The translations under genes were made by a program, and so were the position numbers. A stretch of DNA of 61,776 nucleotides, the filler included, from Choristocarpus tenellus KU-1152 (Eukaryota > Protista > Phaeophyceae): NCBI GenBank assembly GCA_964200185.2. It is 10 parts of 10 records of this genome, joined end to end, with 100 filler letters (N's around TTAATTAATTAA, not from the genome) between each part and the next. Parts side by side here need not be neighbours in the genome. Positions count along the whole stretch, not along the records: positions 55,405 to 61,776 come from CAXNAD020008282.1; 9 more parts are not named here. One strand, written 5' to 3'. The notes under the pieces are model-generated. The model had not been told where the DNA came from. It ran no database searches and saw only the letters and a program-made list of their open reading frames with translations. Shown in pieces: positions 60,794-61,776 of the stretch (positions within the stretch are counted from its first letter, which is position 1; each line of letters begins with the position of its first letter).

Positions 60794-61776
60794 ATGGAGA
60801 CAGCTGATGCGACAGAGGTGACAGATTTCTTTGAGGGAGGGTGCAACAATAGGTCTCTCCACCTAGAGACCCACCAACAAGTACAGGCACAGATGCCTAC
60901 AAGTGCGGGGGGTCTAGGCCTCTCCTCCATGAAACACCGCCAACATGCAGCTTTTGTAGGATCAATGGTGGCTACTCTCTCCACCCTCCTAGCAAGGCAG
61001 CAAGGGCCTCATGGCGAATCCTTCTCACAGGCTCTATTTACAAGCCCTACAATACAAGCCTTAGGATCGTCCATACACACTCTTCTTTCTACAGGTGTCC
61101 CCTCAGAAGACCTGGCTGAAATTATTGGCCAAGACTGGGTAACTTGGGGGGGAACAGCACCACCTGCACCTACCCCAGAGGTCCACATCCTGGCAGCCCA
61201 TGCCGCCAGGATCACAAGGAGGGCTCAGCACGAGATCACATGCCTCCTCAAAAGGATCCGTTTCGACTCCTTCGGGACACAGCTAGCTGATGTTCCAAAT
61301 GAGGCACACCAAGCGAGAGAAAGCACTTCATTAGCCCTAGCGGCCACTGGAAACAGTGTGGACAAGGAGCAAACGCCTGGGCCTCGACACAACCGCTGGA
61401 ACCGGCATGCCAGATCCCCCCTCAGGAATTCAAGCTCACAGTCAGCCGATCCCTACTAGGGAGAGAGGAGGCCCTATCGAACAGGTGCCCAGTGGCAGGG
61501 TGCAGGAGGCAAAATGTCGATACCAGGCATGTCTGCACCTGCCCCAGGGCAGGGGGACAGGTATGACAGCACACTCCAATGGTGAAACGCCTGCACCAAC
61601 TATGCAAGGGGATGGGCATCCCTTGCACTACGGAGGATGGTAACCCTTTCACTGTGGACCGGAATCTTCGCATGGATCTAGTATTCCACGCAGTGGCACT
61701 AGCAGGTGCTGGAACAGCTTTGTATAGGGATAAAGGTCTTCTGCTGGACGTCACCTTCGTAGAGGTACAGGCCACC
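60794..61776 (+). mobile_element. 5'-truncated, degenerate non-LTR retrotransposon with a restriction-like endonuclease (CRE-like)
   Basis: RT-thumb motif QMPTSAGGLGL..HAAFVGS. After a frameshift near 61345: GANAWASTQP...EFKL..RSLLG, CPVAGC-X8-HVCTC (CCHC), *QH, TED, RMDL, LLDVT, i.e. the CCHC + PD-(D/E)xK RLE layout; in-frame TGA at ~61564. Confidence 0.85.

Overview
Eukaryotic, intron-rich nuclear DNA, most likely from a brown alga or close photosynthetic stramenopile (Lhcf-type antenna protein; two proteins with ASAF/GAF bipartite plastid presequences; flagellar CFAP44). The window is not one locus. It is ten contigs joined by artificial 100-bp linkers (44 N + TTAATTAATTAA + 44 N), so adjacency across linkers has no biological meaning. 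Spliced genes reconstructed by hand: plastid ascorbate peroxidase (3'-truncated), TMCO1-like (partial), PDCD4/MA3-like (partial), NRDE2-like (partial, missed by the ORF track), complete plastid lipoyl synthase head-to-head with CFAP44 (partial), one ACT-domain exon, an unidentified multi-exon gene, and the C-terminus of an Lhcf. The rest is largely transposon-derived: two dead copies of one Ty3/Gypsy family (one with a ~290-bp inverted duplication of gag), the 5' end of a Ty1/Copia element with a half-tRNA-Met-type PBS plus an inverted solo LTR, a CRE-like restriction-endonuclease LINE, two related TIR MITE families with 4-bp TSDs, and mini/microsatellites. I found no CRISPR array, RNA gene or clearly novel multi-gene system. 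The best leads are the gag hairpin next to the APX promoter, the MITE families and the unidentified spliced gene. All calls are from reading the sequence by eye; no database searches were run.
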